DNA of 64,000 nt. It comes from Mobula hypostoma. Lineage: Eukaryota. The position numbers and the translations under genes are program-made. Below, piece after piece: positions 61,040 through 64,000 of the stretch; position 1 is the stretch's first letter; each line of letters begins with the position of its first letter. The stretch is taken from assembly GCF_963921235.1 (NCBI RefSeq), contig NC_086097.1, positions 134,852,001 to 134,916,000 on the forward strand, written 5' to 3'. The notes beneath the pieces are model-generated. The model had not been told where the DNA came from and made no database searches. It saw only the letters and a program-made list of their open reading frames with translations.

Positions 61040-61950
61040 TTTTAAGCAACACATTCTGCATCACAGCAAACTGCCGCTTTAAAAATATTGAGGCAGATTT
61101 CCACCTTCTTCTTGTGCACAGGTATAACTGAAGCCTGCTTGAAGCAGGTGGGTACCTCAGACTGCCAAAGCAGGAGGTTAAAGGTCTCAGTGAACATTCC
61201 AGCCAGTTGATCTGCATGGTTCTTTCATACTCGACCAGGTGCCCCATCTGGGCCAATGCTCTCAGTGGGTTCACCCTCTGAAGCATGCTCTCACATTGGC
61301 CTCAGAGACTGAAATCACAGGGTCATCGGGTAGTGTGGAAGCTCGTGAGTGTTCTGTCAAAGCAAGCATAGAAGACATTGAGCTCAACTGGGAGCGAGGC
61401 CTTGTTATCACCTATGTCACTTGGTGATTCAAGTTTGGTTCAGAATTGTCTCTTTGCATGTGAGATGGCTTTCTGGAGATCATACCTGGACCTCTTGTAT
61501 CTTAGTTGTTGGCCAGACCTGAATGCCACTGATCTGGCTCTCAGCAGATTATGGAACTCATGGTCCATCCAGGGCTTCTGGTTGGAGAGGGCTCTGAATG
61601 ATTTTGTGGGGAAACACTTGTCTACTACAGTTTTTATAACGTCTATGACAACTGTGGTACGTTCAGTCAGATCTTCTGATGAGTCCTTGAACATGCCCCA
61701 GTCCACCGACTTGAAGCAATGCTTCAGACATTCCTTTGCCTCCCATGACCACCTCTTTGTTGTCCTAATCTCTGCAGCCTCTGCCTGGATCAGGTAGGAG
61801 GTCAGCCAAGTGATGCGATGTCCCAAAATGCGGTCCAGGCATGTAATTGTTGGCATTTCTAATCATAGTACAGCAGTGATCGAGTGTATTAGAATCCCCG
61901 GTGCTGCAAGTTATTTGCTGATGATAACTGGGTCGAGATTTTTTCAAACA
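61040..61950 (-). mobile_element. Rex1/Babar fragment (endonuclease end, linker, RT start)
   Basis: TCSTGDSNTLDHCCT, WSWEAKECLKHCFKSVDWGMF, NQKPWMD, RYDLQKAISHAKRQF. Confidence 0.8.
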
Positions 61951-61957
61951 AGCCTGA

Positions 61958-63690
61958 TTGAATTGAATTCATTTCTTACATCCTTCACATATATGAGGAG
62001 TAAAAATCTTTACGTTACGTCTCCATCTGAATGTGCAATGTGCAATTTATAGTAATTTGTAATAAACAGTATGTACAACAGCACAGTCAATATAACATAG
62101 CAATACAATTGTGTCAGCATGAATGAATCAGTCTGATGGCCTGGTGGAAGAAGCTGTCCCGGAGCCTGTTGGTCCCGGCTTTTATGCTGCAGTAACGTTT
62201 CCCGGATGGTAGCAGCTGGACTCAGGTCCCCAATGATCCCTCGGGCCCTTTTTATACACCTGTCTTTGTAAATGTCCTGAATAGTGGGAAGTTCACATCT
62301 ACAAATGTGCTGGGCTGTCCGCACCACTCTCTGCAGAGTCCTGCAATTCAGGGAAGTACAGTTCCCGTAACCAGGCAGTGATGCAGCCAGTCAGGATGCT
62401 CTCAATTGTGTTCCTGTAGAAAGTTCTTTGGATTTGGAGACTCATGCCAAACTTCTTCAACTGTCTGAGGTGAAACAGCGCTGTTGTGTTTTTTTCACCA
62501 CACAGCCGGCATATACAGACCACGTGAGATCCTCAGTGATGCATATGCCGAGGAACTTAAAGCTGTTCATCCTCTTAACCCCAGATCTGTTGATGTCAAT
62601 AGGGGTTAGCCCTTCTCTATTCCTCCTGTAGTCCCCAAACAGCTCCTATGTTTTTGCAACATTGAAGGAGAGGTTGTTTTCTTGGCACCATTTCATCAGG
62701 GTGATGACTTCTCCTCTGTAAGCTGTCTCGTTATTATTTGAGATAAAGCCAATTAATGTAATATCATCAGCAAATTTAATTAGCAGATTGGAGCTGTGGG
62801 TGGTGACGCAGTCATAGGTACACAGAGTAAGGGAGGGGCTTAGTACACAGCCCTGAGGGGCACCTGTATTGAAGGTCAGAGGGGCAGAGATGAGGGACCC
62901 CAGTCTTACCTCCTGTCAGCGATCTGATAGGAAGTCCAAGATCCTGCTGCAGAGGGCAATGTGAAGGCTGAGGTCTCTGAGCCTCTTGTCAAGTCTGGAG
63001 GGAATTATGGTGTTGAATGCTGAACTGTAGTCCAAGAACAGCATTCTCACATAAGCATCCTTCTTCTCCAGGTGTGTAGGGACAGTGTGTAGAGCTGTGG
63101 TTATTGTGTCATCTGTCGATCGGTTGTGACGGTAGGCGAATTGTAGGGGTGGGTGGTAGCAAGCTGCAGATGTAGTCCTTGACCAGCCTCTCAAAGCATT
63201 TGCTTATTATTGAGGTGATTGTGACAGGACACCAATCGTTCAGACATGTTAGCTTGGTCTTTTTAGGTACAAAACAATGGTGGATGTTTTGAAGCAGGAG
63301 GGCACTCTGCACTGGGAGAGGGAGAGATTAAAAATGTCTGTAAACACACCTGCCAGTTGTGCCGTGCACATCCTGAGTACCTGCCCTGGAATGCTGTCCA
63401 GTCCTGCAGCCTTGCGACTGTCCACTCATTGGAAACACCTGCGTACTTCAGCCTCAGAGATGACCAATGTGCTCTCCTCGGGGGTTCAGTGTTGGCGACA
63501 TTGAACCGAGCGTAAGAAAGATTTAGCTCATCTGGGAGAGAGGCAGCGATGTTGGCAGCACCACTGCACTTAGCTTTGAAGTCTGCGATGGTGTGCAGAC
63601 CTTGCCATAAGCTGTGTGTGTTTTTGGTGAAAAGTTGTGTCTGGATCTTCTCCCTGTATTGTCGTTTCACTGCCTTGATGACCTTGAGTT
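61958..63690 (-). mobile_element. Rex1/Babar LINE, 5'-truncated, RT to 3' tail
   Basis: [73 protein letters not shown]; same subfamily as 17520-18390. Confidence 0.9.
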
Positions 63691-64000
63691 AAAAATTTTG
63701 CATTATATTATTCTTGTGAAGAACCTTGAGGCATCTTCTTGCATCCGGGGTGTTTCTTAAAAAGGTTGTTGATGTTGAATACTCAGCTCTCTTTCTTTCT
63801 CTTGTGTGAACATATAATCACACATTTCAGTTAGGACTAGACCACTGGGTCTCTTGATCCAACTCTTCCATGTAATATAATCATGGATGATTTGATTATA
63901 ACCTTGTTGTCATGGTAACCTCATGGTTACCTCAAGGTAACCTTTCGCACCCTTTCTTGTCAATATTCCATTTATTTCTGCCTCAAAATGATCCAAAGAC

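Noticed and set aside
56987..64000. ANXA13 exon 3 (expected GTDE..IIEIL-like)
   Set aside because: Not recognised; the region is mostly CR1/Rex1 debris, so the exon probably lies beyond the right edge.

Overview
This is eukaryotic, repeat-rich vertebrate DNA. The CR1, Rex1/Babar, Penelope and V-SINE repertoire suggests a cartilaginous fish, probably a ray or skate (inference). The ORF track largely misses two spliced genes. (1) FAM91A1 lies on the minus strand: coding exons 1-11 (28013 down to 6218; 962 nt, about 320 aa) all have GT-AG boundaries in a continuous frame, and the gene continues off the left edge. It has a CpG-rich promoter with an NRF1 motif and two short upstream ORFs. (2) ANXA13 (annexin A13) lies on the plus strand, divergent from FAM91A1: a TATA promoter, a 15-nt first coding exon (MGNTH, 47993-48007) and exon 2 (56911-56986); later exons were not found in the window. 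The rest is mostly decayed or nested mobile DNA: CR1, Rex1/Babar, RTE, HERO-like and Penelope retroelements, V-SINEs, solo LTRs, a hAT MITE and Tc1 remnants. The most striking non-coding structure is a very young Penelope-type insertion in FAM91A1 intron 4, bounded by a 13-bp target-site duplication. It is a 110-bp inverted repeat in which each arm carries an intact minimal hammerhead-ribozyme core, one per strand. Repeat boundaries without TSDs are approximate, and family names come from recognised motifs, not database searches.
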